A DNA stretch of 64,000 nucleotides from a bacterium (lineage in GTDB: Bacteria; Planctomycetota; Planctomycetia; Gemmatales; Gemmataceae): contig JAFKFQ010000258.1 in assembly GCA_017308215.1 (NCBI GenBank), positions 23,412 to 87,411 of the forward strand, read 5' to 3'. A program made the position numbers and the translations under genes. How positions within the stretch are numbered: the first letter of the stretch is position 1; each line of letters begins with the position of its first letter. Shown here in pieces: positions 40,086 through 55,216 of this stretch. The notes under the pieces are model-generated. The model made no database searches. It was not told where the DNA came from and saw only the letters and a list, made by a program, of their open reading frames with translations.

Positions 40086-41477
40086 TCACTTCCCCTCGTC
40101 TTCGTTCTTGTGCAGGCTGCCGTCGGCGTGGATGTGGTAGCCCTTCGGCACCGCGCTCGAACCGCCCGCCTTGACCATGCGGTTGAGTTGGGTCGCGCCG
40201 CTCTGAACGACGAACGTGCCGGGCGGGACCGAGCCGTCGTTCGCGAGCACCACCTGGTCCCGGCTCTGAAGAAGAACCCGGACGGGTCGCCGCTCGAAGG
40301 TGTTCACGTTCTGCGAGAAGATAAAGGCGTCTGCGCCCTCCCGGGCGACGGCGTCGGCCGGAAGGACGAAGACGTTGTCGATCCTCTCGACGCGGACGAG
40401 GAGTCGGCACTTCTGTCCCGGCCGGAACCGCCAGAGGGTTTGAGTCCGCCCCTCGTCGTCGATCGCGCGCGACTCGTTCTCAAGCGGCATCAGGAACGCG
40501 AACGTCCGGTTCACCTGGTCGATGGTGTTGGACAGCGTGCGGATGCGGAACGCCTGCTTGACGTCGCCCCACTCGGCCGCGGCGTCTTCCTGGAAATCGA
40601 CATCGACCGGCCAACGCTCCCTGACGCTCTTCTCAAGGAGCGGCGTTTCGTCGCGGAACGCCCGGCCCTCCACGGCGAGCTTCTGGTGGTTGGCGATGAA
40701 GCAGAGGGTCTGTCCCGCCTGGACCTGCTGGCCTGGGTCGACCTTGAGCTCCTGGACTTCAAGGATCCCCTGGAGCGCGGGCGTCCCAGCGGGGCTTGAG
40801 ACGGCGAGTTCTCCAGCGGCGAGCGGGGTGGGGACCGTGATCTCGTTCACGAACGTCCCTTCGGCGACGCCGTCTACGAGTCGCGGGGTGAACCCCCGGT
40901 TGAGGAGTTCCAGGCGGGTCGCCTTGTGCGCGATCTGGAGCCGCGTGATCTGCTGGTCGACCTTGATGATCTCGACGCCAGCGACGGTGTCGGTCAGAGC
41001 CGCGAGGCGGCTCCGTTCGGCCTGCGCGAGCTTGATGTCCTGGGTGGTCTTGAAGAGGTCCGACTGGGTCTGGTGGAGCGTCTCGCTCATGAGCTTCAGG
41101 GTGAAGAGCGGGTCGCCGGACCGCACGCTGTCTCCCGGGAAGTGGTGGACGCGTGAGACCACGCCTGCGGCCGGCGCGACCACGCCGCGGTCGCTCAGCC
41201 CGGGCCGATCGACGACCATCCCCGGCACCTGGATGGTCTTCCAGTAGGTGGTCGCACTGAGCACCTTCGCGGTCAGCCCGAGGTTCAGCTGGGCCTGCTC
41301 GTTGACGATGACCTTCCCGGCCGGGGCGGAGGACTCCTCTCCCGACTCGGCGCTGGGGGGCGACGCGTTCTTCTCCAGCAGCGGCAACCAGTGTGCGCGG
41401 GACGCGTAGGCGCCCGCCCCGATGCCGGCAAAGCCGGCCGAGAGCGCGACGAGTCGGAGCAGACGACGGAGCCACAT
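40086..41477 (-). CDS. RND periplasmic adaptor
   Basis: GAGGAGG RBS, MWLRRLL; PGMVVDRPG; C-terminus GYHIHADGSLH. Confidence 0.9.
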   Translation of the reverse strand: MWLRRLLRLVALSAGFAGIGAGAYASRAHWLPLLEKNASPPSAESGEESSAPAGKVIVNEQAQLNLGLTAKVLSATTYWKTIQVPGMVVDRPGLSDRGVVAPAAGVVSRVHHFPGDSVRSGDPLFTLKLMSETLHQTQSDLFKTTQDIKLAQAERSRLAALTDTVAGVEIIKVDQQITRLQIAHKATRLELLNRGFTPRLVDGVAEGTFVNEITVPTPLAAGELAVSSPAGTPALQGILEVQELKVDPGQQVQAGQTLCFIANHQKLAVEGRAFRDETPLLEKSVRERWPVDVDFQEDAAAEWGDVKQAFRIRTLSNTIDQVNRTFAFLMPLENESRAIDDEGRTQTLWRFRPGQKCRLLVRVERIDNVFVLPADAVAREGADAFIFSQNVNTFERRPVRVLLQSRDQVVLANDGSVPPGTFVVQSGATQLNRMVKAGGSSAVPKGYHIHADGSLHKNEDEGK

Positions 41478-41652
41478 GGACGCCTCCTCTCGGCCGGTGT
41501 GACCGAGGGCGCTGCGCGCGCCTATCGGCACTCACCGGACAACGGTGGTCTGCGTGATCAGACGGAATGGTGACGTTGGCGCGTGCGGACGCGCGAAACG
41601 AGTGGCGTGGGCGCTTGAACGCCCCGGCCGCTACACCACGTGTCGAGAGTGG

Positions 41653-42144
41653 CTAAATGAGGAGTGCGAGATGGCGCACGTAGAGTGGGCAGTGCGCGCG
41701 TTGGGGTGACCGCGTGAGACTACCCGCGGGGGAGTTGGTGCTCTCCCCGAGAGTAAGTAGCAGAGAGCCACCGTCGAGGGAGGAGACCGCGTCTGGTTGC
41801 TCGGCGGACCAATCCGAGTGGCGGTCTACGGGCGGAAGAGTCTCAGCTTTCAGATAGACCGCGTCGCTGTCGTGGCTCGGTGCGGAGCCCGACTCGACAT
41901 TCTCGCTCGGTACTGGCGCGTCATCCACCTCGGCGAGGTGGTGATGGCTGTGCCCGTGCGAGTGCCCGTGATGGCCGTCGTGTTCGTTGTCTTCGATGAC
42001 CCGAACGGGAGGAACGTGCGTGTGGGGACGAAGGTCGTGATCCGCCGGGCTCACACTCCGGTGCGAGTGCGCAAGTGCCAGCGGAGCCATCTGGCTCAGC
42101 AGCACGCACGGCACCAGGAGAAGCGTGACCCCGCGGCGAAGCAT
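41653..42144 (-). CDS. His-rich exported leader-type protein (leader 7)
   Basis: Signal peptide, HDGHHGHSHGHSHHH, HDSDAVY, C-terminus CPLYVRHLALLI*. Confidence 0.8.
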   Translation of the reverse strand: MLRRGVTLLLVPCVLLSQMAPLALAHSHRSVSPADHDLRPHTHVPPVRVIEDNEHDGHHGHSHGHSHHHLAEVDDAPVPSENVESGSAPSHDSDAVYLKAETLPPVDRHSDWSAEQPDAVSSLDGGSLLLTLGESTNSPAGSLTRSPQRAHCPLYVRHLALLI

Positions 42145-42340
42145 CCGTCCCTCTCGGCGAAAACGGCTTTGGAATTGTAACTCACGTGCTCGGGAAAACC
42201 AGGCGGAATTCCGCGCCGCGATAAGTGGAGAGCACCTGCCGCGGGGTTCCCCGGCGGGAGCTTATCGTGTCGCCGGAACGTGTTTTCCCGCGAGCCGGGA
42301 GCGGGGTCGAACACGGAGTCGCACGCACGCTGTAGCTTGG

Positions 42341-47412
<5,072 letters not shown>

Positions 47413-48669
47413 TCAGTGATCGTGGGAGGCAGCGCTCTTCCCGACGTCGGCCTTCACGAGGAAGCTGTTTGTGGTCACGTACTCCTGGCCCGGCTCGATC
47501 CCCGAGAGCACCTCCACCCAGGTCGGGTCTCGCCGTCCGATCTCAAGGGGGCGTATCTCGAATGTGTTCCCGACTCTCAGGAACACGACATCCCAGTCGC
47601 GAAACGTCTGGAGCGCTTCGGCCTTTACTGCGAGCGGCACTGCGTTTTCTTCAATCACGATCGTGCCGGAGACGAAGAGGCCCGGCCGCCAATTGCCGTC
47701 GTCATTCGGGAGGATGGCCCGCGCAGTGGTCATCTGCGTCGCGTTGTCGCCGACGGGCGAGAGGTAGGAGATGCTGCCTACCTCGGAGGACGCGCCGCCG
47801 TCTCGCGAAACGGAAACTGTCTGCCCCGGGCGAACCCGCGCAGCTTCAAGTCCGGGAATCCCGAACTCAACCCAGACCGTGCTCAGGTCGGAGACAAGGT
47901 AAACCGGCTCCTCGTCGACGAACGCGCCGTTGTTCAGGTACTTCTCGATGATCGTGCCCGATATGGGCGACCGTAGCTCGTAGGTCTGAAGGGTTGCGTT
48001 GTTCTCGACGAGCGCGAGCAGGTCTCCGCGTTCGACCCGCTCCCCCCTCTGTTTCCTTGCGTCCCTGAGCAAACCGGGGAAGCGCGGAACGGCTCGCACC
48101 GACTGCTCACTGTTGGCGGTGACGCGGCCGTAGACCGGCAGGAGGTTCTTGATGGTCGCCGGGCCGGCGGATTCGATTCCGAGCTCGGACGCTCGCACCG
48201 CTTCCTCGGAGAATGTTGTCCGCCCCTCGTACGAGTCGTACTTCCAGCGGAACGACTTGCCCTTGTGCTCGGCGAGGACCTCGACGTCAAAAGAGTGCGG
48301 CTCGGTGATCTCTTTGTCGCTTCTCAGAAAGTCTCCGCTCGGTGAGAACTTGATCACATCCGTACGGCCGCCGAGCCGGTACAGTTTCACGGTGAGAGCC
48401 ACCGCCGTCGGCGGGAGTTCTCTCCCGTTCTCGGTAAGGAACACGCGGAATTCTGGTGGCACCCCCCGCTCGAAGATGGTCATCTCGACCGAAAAATTCC
48501 CCTCGGTGAGTAATCGTCCGCCGTGCGATCCCTTTGGGAGTTCGTTGGCGCCTTCGCCGTTCTTCCCTTCGCTCTGTCTGGTCGAGGGCTTAACCCCAAA
48601 GTGGGTCACTGCTACCCCGGCGCCAAGCGTCAGTACGCAGGCAAATGCTAATACTTGTTTCGTGTTCAT
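47413..48669 (-). CDS. czcB: CzcB-like periplasmic adaptor
   Basis: KGSHGGRLL, EPHSFDV, WRPGLFV; ends AASHDH. Confidence 0.92.
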   Translation of the reverse strand: MNTKQVLAFACVLTLGAGVAVTHFGVKPSTRQSEGKNGEGANELPKGSHGGRLLTEGNFSVEMTIFERGVPPEFRVFLTENGRELPPTAVALTVKLYRLGGRTDVIKFSPSGDFLRSDKEITEPHSFDVEVLAEHKGKSFRWKYDSYEGRTTFSEEAVRASELGIESAGPATIKNLLPVYGRVTANSEQSVRAVPRFPGLLRDARKQRGERVERGDLLALVENNATLQTYELRSPISGTIIEKYLNNGAFVDEEPVYLVSDLSTVWVEFGIPGLEAARVRPGQTVSVSRDGGASSEVGSISYLSPVGDNATQMTTARAILPNDDGNWRPGLFVSGTIVIEENAVPLAVKAEALQTFRDWDVVFLRVGNTFEIRPLEIGRRDPTWVEVLSGIEPGQEYVTTNSFLVKADVGKSAASHDH

Positions 48670-48875
48670 TGGGACTCCTGTCGCGATTCGTATCCCCGGC
48701 CGTTCGTGGCGGCTGAATGCTTCGTGGGAATAATTAATCTCTCTTTGAAAGATTGCTTGTGGTGCTAGGAGGCGCTGCGACTGACTGTGCACGCGCCAAA
48801 ATGGAGCGGTGGATCACCAGCAAAACCCTGGATCGAGTCCACGGTTCAGTGTGATGTGTCCGCCGTCGCAGGGGA

Positions 48876-49325
48876 TCAGATCATGAGGATCGAGGTCTGG
48901 AGGAGAATCGAGGAACGAGATCGCACCGATGCGGCCGGCGTGCTCTCCGTTCGACGAATCCGTGATAAAGCTAGCTCGCGCGCAATCGGCTCGCCCCAGA
49001 ACGTTGCCGCCGCGACAAAGTGGGAGGCATGGTCGACGCTCGGCGTCGCGGGCAGGGGGGCTTTGCTTGAAGCGGTTACGTAAAAGGCATCTCGATCGTG
49101 GTCGATCCGGAGTTGGCAAAGCGAAGTCGGGTCGCCCGAAGTGTTGCCTTGCTCAGCCATCTCGTGATTGTGGTCCACATTGAGGCCTCGCTCGGTGTGG
49201 ACGTGGGCGAGCACGTAGCTGCTCACCGTGCCTGTCGTCGTGGCGTGTGCGAGAGCATCATTCCCACGAGGGAGCCCTAGTGTCGCAAGGGCAAGAAAGG
49301 CAGTAATGATTCGAAAAGCAAGCAT
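48876..49325 (-). CDS. His-containing exported leader-type protein (leader 8)
   Basis: Signal peptide, HVH, DHNH, DHDRDAFY, C-terminus ILLQTSILMI*. Confidence 0.7.
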   Translation of the reverse strand: MLAFRIITAFLALATLGLPRGNDALAHATTTGTVSSYVLAHVHTERGLNVDHNHEMAEQGNTSGDPTSLCQLRIDHDRDAFYVTASSKAPLPATPSVDHASHFVAAATFWGEPIARELALSRIRRTESTPAASVRSRSSILLQTSILMI

Positions 49326-49529
49326 TGCTGGTTAGACGACGAAATGTGCATTTTCATGCACTGTAACACGATGCGCGTTCCGCTGCACTACCGGAAATCA
49401 CACCCGTCGTGGCCTGGCCCCATTTGCCCGCCTACATGCGATCCGAGCGATTCCGGTCACTTTCAAACTGAGGCCGGCAATCTGATTGATTCTGCTGGGA
49501 ATCGTCCAGCGTTACCGACGAGTCGGCGC

Positions 49530-50822
49530 CTAGTCCGAGTCGGAAACAGTAGTCCGAGGAGGCAGAACCGGGGTTCGGCCAATCGGTGGCGGGACGTACT
49601 CGGGCTGGTCAGACATAAGCCGCACGAGGCGTTCAAGTCCGTTCGGGTCGGAGACGTTAAAGTAGAGATTGCCGAGGAGCACGGATGGAATCGCCGCCAC
49701 ATCCGCCCTATTGACCACGACGGGGAGGAACTTTCCGTTTCGGAACTCGTCCTGGTAGATCCTGCGTGTGATGATTCCGGTCTCCCACTTGGCGCCTTTC
49801 CCTTTACCGGGATCCTCGTCGCCCTCGCACCGCTTCCGGTACGTCTCTGTGATCACCATCAGGACGTAGTCGGCCTTGCGAATGCTGTTCAACATCCACG
49901 CAGGGAGTCCCTCGGGCGGGTTGAGGGCGTAGAGATCCATAGTGGCCTCGAACCCGTCCCCTCGGAGGTCGTCCACCAACTGTTTCACCCGCTGCTGGTG
50001 GGCATCAGAGTCCCACGAGTAACTCACGAACACCTTTTTCACGACCTTCCCTCCATCCGAGTCTGTGTAGCTTGCACTCCTGCTTAGCCCGCCGACGACA
50101 CCCCCGGCAATGGTTTCGCTCTTCAACACGTCGAAGGCTGCGGCACGGATCACGGCGCGCACGAATCCCAATTCCTCCCCGCTGTCACCGAGGAGCAGCC
50201 GGATAAGTCCCGCTTCGTCGGAGTGGCTGTCCGCAGAATGGGTTGCCGGGAGTACCCCCCGTGCCCGAAGAACTAGCCTGCAATCCGCGACCCTAGGGTC
50301 GGCGGGAAGTTCCGAGGTGCCCTGCAAACGCAGAAGATGTTTCACCGCGCAGACCAGGCATTGCTCCCAGAGGTCTGCGACCGGCTGGCTTGCACGAGCG
50401 GTCAATACCCGAGTCATCCAGCCCGACACCGCCTGCTCCACCTTCGCATCACCGGAGCAACGCGCGCCGCACGCAATCCCCAAGAGAGCCACCGGATCGG
50501 TAACGAACCCGGCAGGCGTGGCAACTATGGTCATGGGCCGCTGGCTGATCCAGCCGAGCGCGTCACAGAGTTCGGCGCGGAAAGAACATGCAGGGCTCAA
50601 CCGTTGTGCGGCGTAGCCGAGCGCGGCGACCTCGCGATAACTCCGGGTGCGCTCGCCGACGAGTGAGTCGAGCTCGCCCGCGTCGTCGAAAGGGAAGTGG
50701 TCCACGCCGAGTAACCAGGCCGCGAACAAGCGGTCCGTGAAGTCGACGGTCGCCATGCCGCGGATCTGCCGCTCCAGGGCAGTACGGCAATCCGACAGCA
50801 GCCGTTCGCGGCCCGTGCTCAC
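49530..50822 (-). CDS. Argonaute-associated effector: helical N-terminal domain plus C-terminal SEFIR/TIR domain
   Basis: GTG start overlaps the Ago stop (GTGA); KVFVSYSWDSDAH...W...ADYVLMVITETY...GKGAKWE...KFLPVV. Confidence 0.85.
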   Translation of the reverse strand: MSTGRERLLSDCRTALERQIRGMATVDFTDRLFAAWLLGVDHFPFDDAGELDSLVGERTRSYREVAALGYAAQRLSPACSFRAELCDALGWISQRPMTIVATPAGFVTDPVALLGIACGARCSGDAKVEQAVSGWMTRVLTARASQPVADLWEQCLVCAVKHLLRLQGTSELPADPRVADCRLVLRARGVLPATHSADSHSDEAGLIRLLLGDSGEELGFVRAVIRAAAFDVLKSETIAGGVVGGLSRSASYTDSDGGKVVKKVFVSYSWDSDAHQQRVKQLVDDLRGDGFEATMDLYALNPPEGLPAWMLNSIRKADYVLMVITETYRKRCEGDEDPGKGKGAKWETGIITRRIYQDEFRNGKFLPVVVNRADVAAIPSVLLGNLYFNVSDPNGLERLVRLMSDQPEYVPPPIGRTPVLPPRTTVSDSD

Positions 50823-53155
50823 AGGAACCACCTCGTCCACCCGATGTTTCCGAGAAGCGCTGAAGAATTCCACTCCGGCAGAGTGGCGAGGTTGCCGAGC
50901 AATCTTGCGATCATCGCGGAATACTCGATCGTAACCGGCATGTCGCACGGGAAGAAGCCCTGCCACGAATGGCCGGCAAAGGCGTACACTTGGCGGGCGA
51001 GGTAGACGGGATCCGTGAAGGTGGAGTCTCGGTGGATCCGGAGCAGAACAGGTCTCGGCACCCCGTCCTCGGGCCGCTTCACCTCCTTGAACCCGGTCAG
51101 CGTGAGTAGCACCTCCCGCTCGGAGAGCAGCATGAAAATGCCGCGGCTCGGCCCGAGAACGCCTTTCGTCGAGCGGGTCTTCTTGTCCGGCTTGCCCTTT
51201 TGTTCGAGGTCGAAAAGCCGGTAGGGGTGATCGTCGACGACGTGAACGAAGGCGAACTCTGCGTTGAACTCGCCGAGGTCTTCCATCACCTGCTTCACGG
51301 CCGTGATCTCAGCATCTCGGAACGGCTTAAACGCGTGGAACACGAGCCGCACGGGACGAGCCCGCTGCCAGCCGGTGTCAGTCCGCACCTGCCGCACGGC
51401 GAGCCGCAAGGTGTCGAGAAGCTCCTCTTGATACGTCTCGAAGGACGCCGCTCGGGACAGGTTCGACAGGCAGTAGTTCCCGTCGCCGGTGAACACGGTC
51501 GTAATGCCCACGACCCGCTGCCCCGACCCGAGTCGAGAGTCGCCGATGCGAGCGCTGCCGAGGCCGACAACCATTTCTTGCAGGAGCGGCTGATCGGATT
51601 TCAGCAGCCACGGCGTCCCGTTCATCTTCGCGTAGCAGGCAAGCGAGAGGTTGTTCAGCGCGAACTGAATCGAATAGGGCGAGAGCTCCATCGTCTCGGC
51701 GGTGAATGCCTGGACCGGCGTCTGATGCGTGAGTAGCTCGGACTTGCAAATCAGGTACGGATTCTCGGTGTTGGGGAGATCCTTGAACCGCTCCTCGGTT
51801 TGGACGAAGCAGATGTCCCACTTCGGCCCGCCAGGCCCGACGCTCGCGATCGCGCTCCGGGCTGCCTTGCGGTAAGCCGCAGCCGAATTGTTCTCCGTGA
51901 CGAAGAACTCGAAGTCGATCCCGCCCAAGTGGTACTTGTCGAGGAAGCCCTGCTCGAAGGGCTGGATGCCGTCTCCTCCGGCCACCACACCTTCCTTGAA
52001 CTTCACGAGGAACTGTTCGACCTGACCCTTCTTTCCCTTCTGACAGAGGACACACACCCTCGGGCGATTGGGTGTGAATCCACGGCTGGAGTAGGGGCCG
52101 TGCCGCGTGATGCCCGCATCCACGGGCCACTCGCACGCTTTGCTCGGGGTCGCCGAGTCGAAGAGGTACACCGGACTCCTCGCGCGGTGGACCTTCGGGA
52201 ACGGGTGCGGATCGTCCTTGGCGGCGGTTGCCAGAAAGTAGCCCAGGGTGCAGGTAACGTCCTGGGGGAGCGGAAGCGTCTGCTTCCTGATGTGCTCGCG
52301 GACCGCGCTCAGCCGTTCGAGCAGTTGGCCCCCTTGCCGGAAGTTGGCCCGCGCCTGCTCGATGCTCGCGAGCATCGTGGTCGCGTGCCGCGGGAACAGA
52401 GTCCTGACGCAGCGGTCGAAAAACTCGCCACGTGCCTGCGGGAAGGCTTCGTCAGCCAGGATGGTCGGCGTGTCCTCCCGGTGATCCAAAAGCGAAAGCC
52501 TGTCGCCGTCGACCGCACCGACCTGTCCAACAGTCTCAAGTTTCGGGGCCAGCCGCTGATCGTTCGTCTCGGCGATCCGCTTCACGTACACGCCGCGGAC
52601 ATCCACGCCGTTCCGAATCAGCTCCGCGCAACTCGCGAGAATGCGCCGCGAGACGAACCCGTCGAAGATGATCGCGACGTAAGCGGGCTGGTCCTCCGGG
52701 GAGATGACCCGGACATCGAGCTCGAAGACGGGGCTAACCCGAAGTTGCCCCGGATTGTTCATCCCGTCGGGGAGGGCCGCGGCGAAGTAGTCGTCGTTGT
52801 CACCGCTCGCCAGGAACGTGATTGGCCGGAGGTGCAGGACGGTGCGCTTGATGCTGTTCAGGTATGCGAAGAGGCCGTTCCGCACGAGGCTCGCGGCGAG
52901 GTAGAGGTCTTCCCTCAAGTCGATGATTTCGGTCGCCCCGCCGAGTGAAGGGGCTTCCTGCTTCAGCGGAACGCAGACGACGGTGTCGGTCTCGACATCC
53001 CTCCGCACCACGTGCGAATCGCGCGTTTGACCCCGAAGATCTCGGAGCCAGTCCGCATCGACGTAGCGCAGCCGCTCCGCCTGGACCGGGCCACCGGCCA
53101 GTTCTAGCGGGGCTACGTTGAGCACGTGACCCGTTCGGAAAGAAACGTTCCCCAT
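50819..53155 (-). CDS. ago: Long-B prokaryotic Argonaute (RsAgo-like, inactive PIWI*)
   Basis: 778 aa; MID PYLICK...PVQ...YAKMNG; PIWI VGITTVFTGDG, PVTIEYS, C-terminal RWFL; catalytic Asp positions replaced (VVGLG, FHAF). Confidence 0.93.
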   Translation of the reverse strand: MGNVSFRTGHVLNVAPLELAGGPVQAERLRYVDADWLRDLRGQTRDSHVVRRDVETDTVVCVPLKQEAPSLGGATEIIDLREDLYLAASLVRNGLFAYLNSIKRTVLHLRPITFLASGDNDDYFAAALPDGMNNPGQLRVSPVFELDVRVISPEDQPAYVAIIFDGFVSRRILASCAELIRNGVDVRGVYVKRIAETNDQRLAPKLETVGQVGAVDGDRLSLLDHREDTPTILADEAFPQARGEFFDRCVRTLFPRHATTMLASIEQARANFRQGGQLLERLSAVREHIRKQTLPLPQDVTCTLGYFLATAAKDDPHPFPKVHRARSPVYLFDSATPSKACEWPVDAGITRHGPYSSRGFTPNRPRVCVLCQKGKKGQVEQFLVKFKEGVVAGGDGIQPFEQGFLDKYHLGGIDFEFFVTENNSAAAYRKAARSAIASVGPGGPKWDICFVQTEERFKDLPNTENPYLICKSELLTHQTPVQAFTAETMELSPYSIQFALNNLSLACYAKMNGTPWLLKSDQPLLQEMVVGLGSARIGDSRLGSGQRVVGITTVFTGDGNYCLSNLSRAASFETYQEELLDTLRLAVRQVRTDTGWQRARPVRLVFHAFKPFRDAEITAVKQVMEDLGEFNAEFAFVHVVDDHPYRLFDLEQKGKPDKKTRSTKGVLGPSRGIFMLLSEREVLLTLTGFKEVKRPEDGVPRPVLLRIHRDSTFTDPVYLARQVYAFAGHSWQGFFPCDMPVTIEYSAMIARLLGNLATLPEWNSSALLGNIGWTRWFL

Positions 53156-53346
53156 ACGACTCTCGAAAATCCGGCTCGAACCGGCTTCGGAGAGTATACC
53201 AGCAGCCCGCCCGCTAGGGGAACACAAGTCCACCTGGGCTGAGCCGCCCGATTTTCACCCCGAGCCTCGTCGCCACAACTCGCAACGCTACCAGTTGAGA
53301 CCAGGGTCCGCGATGTCCGTAGGAGGCGCCGGGTAGTTTGGGTCGT

Positions 53347-54339
53347 TCAGATAAGAATGCGTTCGATTTCGTCGAGGGTGATCTCGTCGCCGGTTCGGTC
53401 GTAGAGCTTCGTCGTCCGCGGGGATTCGTGCGCAGCGATCGCCTGAGCGTTTTCGATCGTGCCACCGTTGTCCAGGTAGGCAGTGATTCCTGTCGCGCGG
53501 AACGTGTGATTGCAGGTGCTCTCCGGGATCCCCGCCGCCTTCGCCCTTCGCTTTACCATCCGGAACGCGTCGTTCCGGGTCATCTGGTTCCCGGTTACCA
53601 CGCCCTTGCGGCTGATGGACTGGAACAGCGGCAGCTTCTTGTCGTCGCCGATCCGGGCGGCCAGGAGGTAGGCGTCGAGGTAGGCCTCCGCCGAGTGGTG
53701 CGCAGGAACTTGGTGGAGCTTCCCGCCCTTTTCGCGGAAGCGAAACCACCAGCGCTTGCCATCCTGGTAGTAGTCTTCGACGCGGAGCGAGACGGCGGCA
53801 GTGACGCGGGCAAAACTGAAGACCATGACCGCGATGAGCGCCCGGTCGCGCAAGCCGGAGAGCTTGGCCGTGTCGATGGAGTCGAGGAGCTGTCGGGCTT
53901 GTTCCTTGTCGAGCACCGGAGTTTTCCCGCGCTTCACCACGTGCTTCGGCCCACGGACGGAGCTCGCCGGGTTCATCGCGAGCACCTGGCCGATCACCAG
54001 CCAGTCGAACAGCACCCGGATGGCCGCGAGGTGCTGCTTCACGGTCGGCGGAGCGCCGGGATGCTGCTCGATGTAGGCCGCGACATGGATGGGCTCGATG
54101 TCGACGAGCTCCAAATCGTGCTCCTGGCACCAGCCGAAGAACTGCCCGACAGCGCGGGCGTAAGCGAGTCGCGTGTTCTCGTTCCTGATGGTGGCTGTAA
54201 AGAATTCGAGGAAGCGCTTCCGGGCGGCCCGGCCGGCGTGGGCGATAACGGCAGGAACCTTCCCGGCCGGGTACCAGTCCGCGACCTCCGTCCGAGGTGC
54301 CTGAATTGACACGCTTTTTCTGCTCACCCGCTGCACCAT
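53347..54339 (-). CDS. Tyrosine recombinase/integrase (XerC/D-like, plasmid/transposon resolvase type)
   Basis: R (FARV), HTFR, H (AAHES), Y (TKLYDR); start uncertain (54339 or 54327). Confidence 0.92.
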   Translation of the reverse strand: MVQRVSRKSVSIQAPRTEVADWYPAGKVPAVIAHAGRAARKRFLEFFTATIRNENTRLAYARAVGQFFGWCQEHDLELVDIEPIHVAAYIEQHPGAPPTVKQHLAAIRVLFDWLVIGQVLAMNPASSVRGPKHVVKRGKTPVLDKEQARQLLDSIDTAKLSGLRDRALIAVMVFSFARVTAAVSLRVEDYYQDGKRWWFRFREKGGKLHQVPAHHSAEAYLDAYLLAARIGDDKKLPLFQSISRKGVVTGNQMTRNDAFRMVKRRAKAAGIPESTCNHTFRATGITAYLDNGGTIENAQAIAAHESPRTTKLYDRTGDEITLDEIERILI

Positions 54340-54360
54340 AAAGGACGTTATGGTGCAGCG
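54329..54360. other. dif-like tyrosine-recombinase crossover site (13-6-13)
   Basis: CGCTGCACCATAA-aggacg-TTATGGTGCAGCG, perfect inverted repeat at the recombinase 5' end. Confidence 0.75.
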
Positions 54361-54417
54361 TGGGGGATCACGCAAGCCGCCGAATTAGGCGGAAAGCCGG
54401 AGCCGGACAACGAGTCG

Positions 54418-54780
54418 TCAGTCTTTCGTGAGTCCCATCACCTTGAGAACAACTTCTCGCCAATTAGGATCGTTCGGATCATGCGAAAGCACACACAGCG
54501 GCATCCCGAGCTGGCCGTCTGCCGCCCCTGACCATTCGATGTCCGTTCCTAGTGAGGCCAGGTGGTGCCAGAGGGCGAAGTAGCAGAGGTAAATGGCCTG
54601 GAATGGGTTTTCGCCAGTGGAACCTTGGGACTTGGTCCGAGGCAGTCCCCTCACACGATACGTGCATAGATAATGTCGTGACTGCTTTGTGGGTGATAGA
54701 ATATCAACCTTTGCGGGCTTACCGCGATACATGAAAGTCCGGGATGCAATCACCACTGCTTTCGACAAATCTGGCTTCAT
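54418..54780 (-). CDS. Putative Rhs immunity protein 2 (DUF6968-like)
   Basis: IASR...ILSP...YLC...GENPFQAI; paralog of the adjacent gene; lower GC. Confidence 0.7.
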   Translation of the reverse strand: MKPDLSKAVVIASRTFMYRGKPAKVDILSPTKQSRHYLCTYRVRGLPRTKSQGSTGENPFQAIYLCYFALWHHLASLGTDIEWSGAADGQLGMPLCVLSHDPNDPNWREVVLKVMGLTKD

Positions 54781-54808
54781 ATACGTCCTAATCGAGGCTT
54801 ATTCTGGA

Positions 54809-55213
54809 CTATTTTCCCTTCGATGTCTCAGCATGCTTCGCCGTTACCTTGGCAGAGTGTCTAGCTCGGAGAGCATCACGCAGTTTCAAATTGTCCATAC
54901 TGCTCAAGAACTCTGTTTCAGCAAGTATGATGGGAAAAGAAGGACTAAGCTGCTTCCCCGCCTCATCCGTAGGGTACACTCCAAGTTCGGCAAGGTGACA
55001 TACAATCTCGGCGAGTGCCCGAAGCAGCGCTTGCATCGAGTCCACACCCGCACTGATCCTGCGTCGAGGCGGAGGCATTGAGGTCGTGTCGAAACTACAG
55101 GCATACCCTCCGTTGGGCACACGAACTGGCGAATAGAGCCGTATTGTAGCCCACTGTCCATTATAGCGAATCTTATGCGTCGCTATTACCTGCTGCATCC
55201 GAACTCGTTTCAT
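54809..55213 (-). CDS. Putative Rhs immunity protein 1 (DUF6968-like)
   Basis: Starts 3 nt after the Rhs stop; IATH...LYSP...YAC...GVDSMQAL. Confidence 0.75.
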   Translation of the reverse strand: MKRVRMQQVIATHKIRYNGQWATIRLYSPVRVPNGGYACSFDTTSMPPPRRRISAGVDSMQALLRALAEIVCHLAELGVYPTDEAGKQLSPSFPIILAETEFLSSMDNLKLRDALRARHSAKVTAKHAETSKGK

Positions 55214-55216
55214 AGG

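Noticed and set aside
49346-49361. GTGCAT-N4-ATGCAC palindrome upstream of leader 8
   Set aside because: Too short to support without other copies.
50819-53155. Argonaute as an active slicer or a SPARTA short pAgo
   Set aside because: Catalytic tetrad residues are replaced, the protein is full length, and the partner lies downstream with a C-terminal SEFIR domain rather than N-terminal TIR-APAZ.
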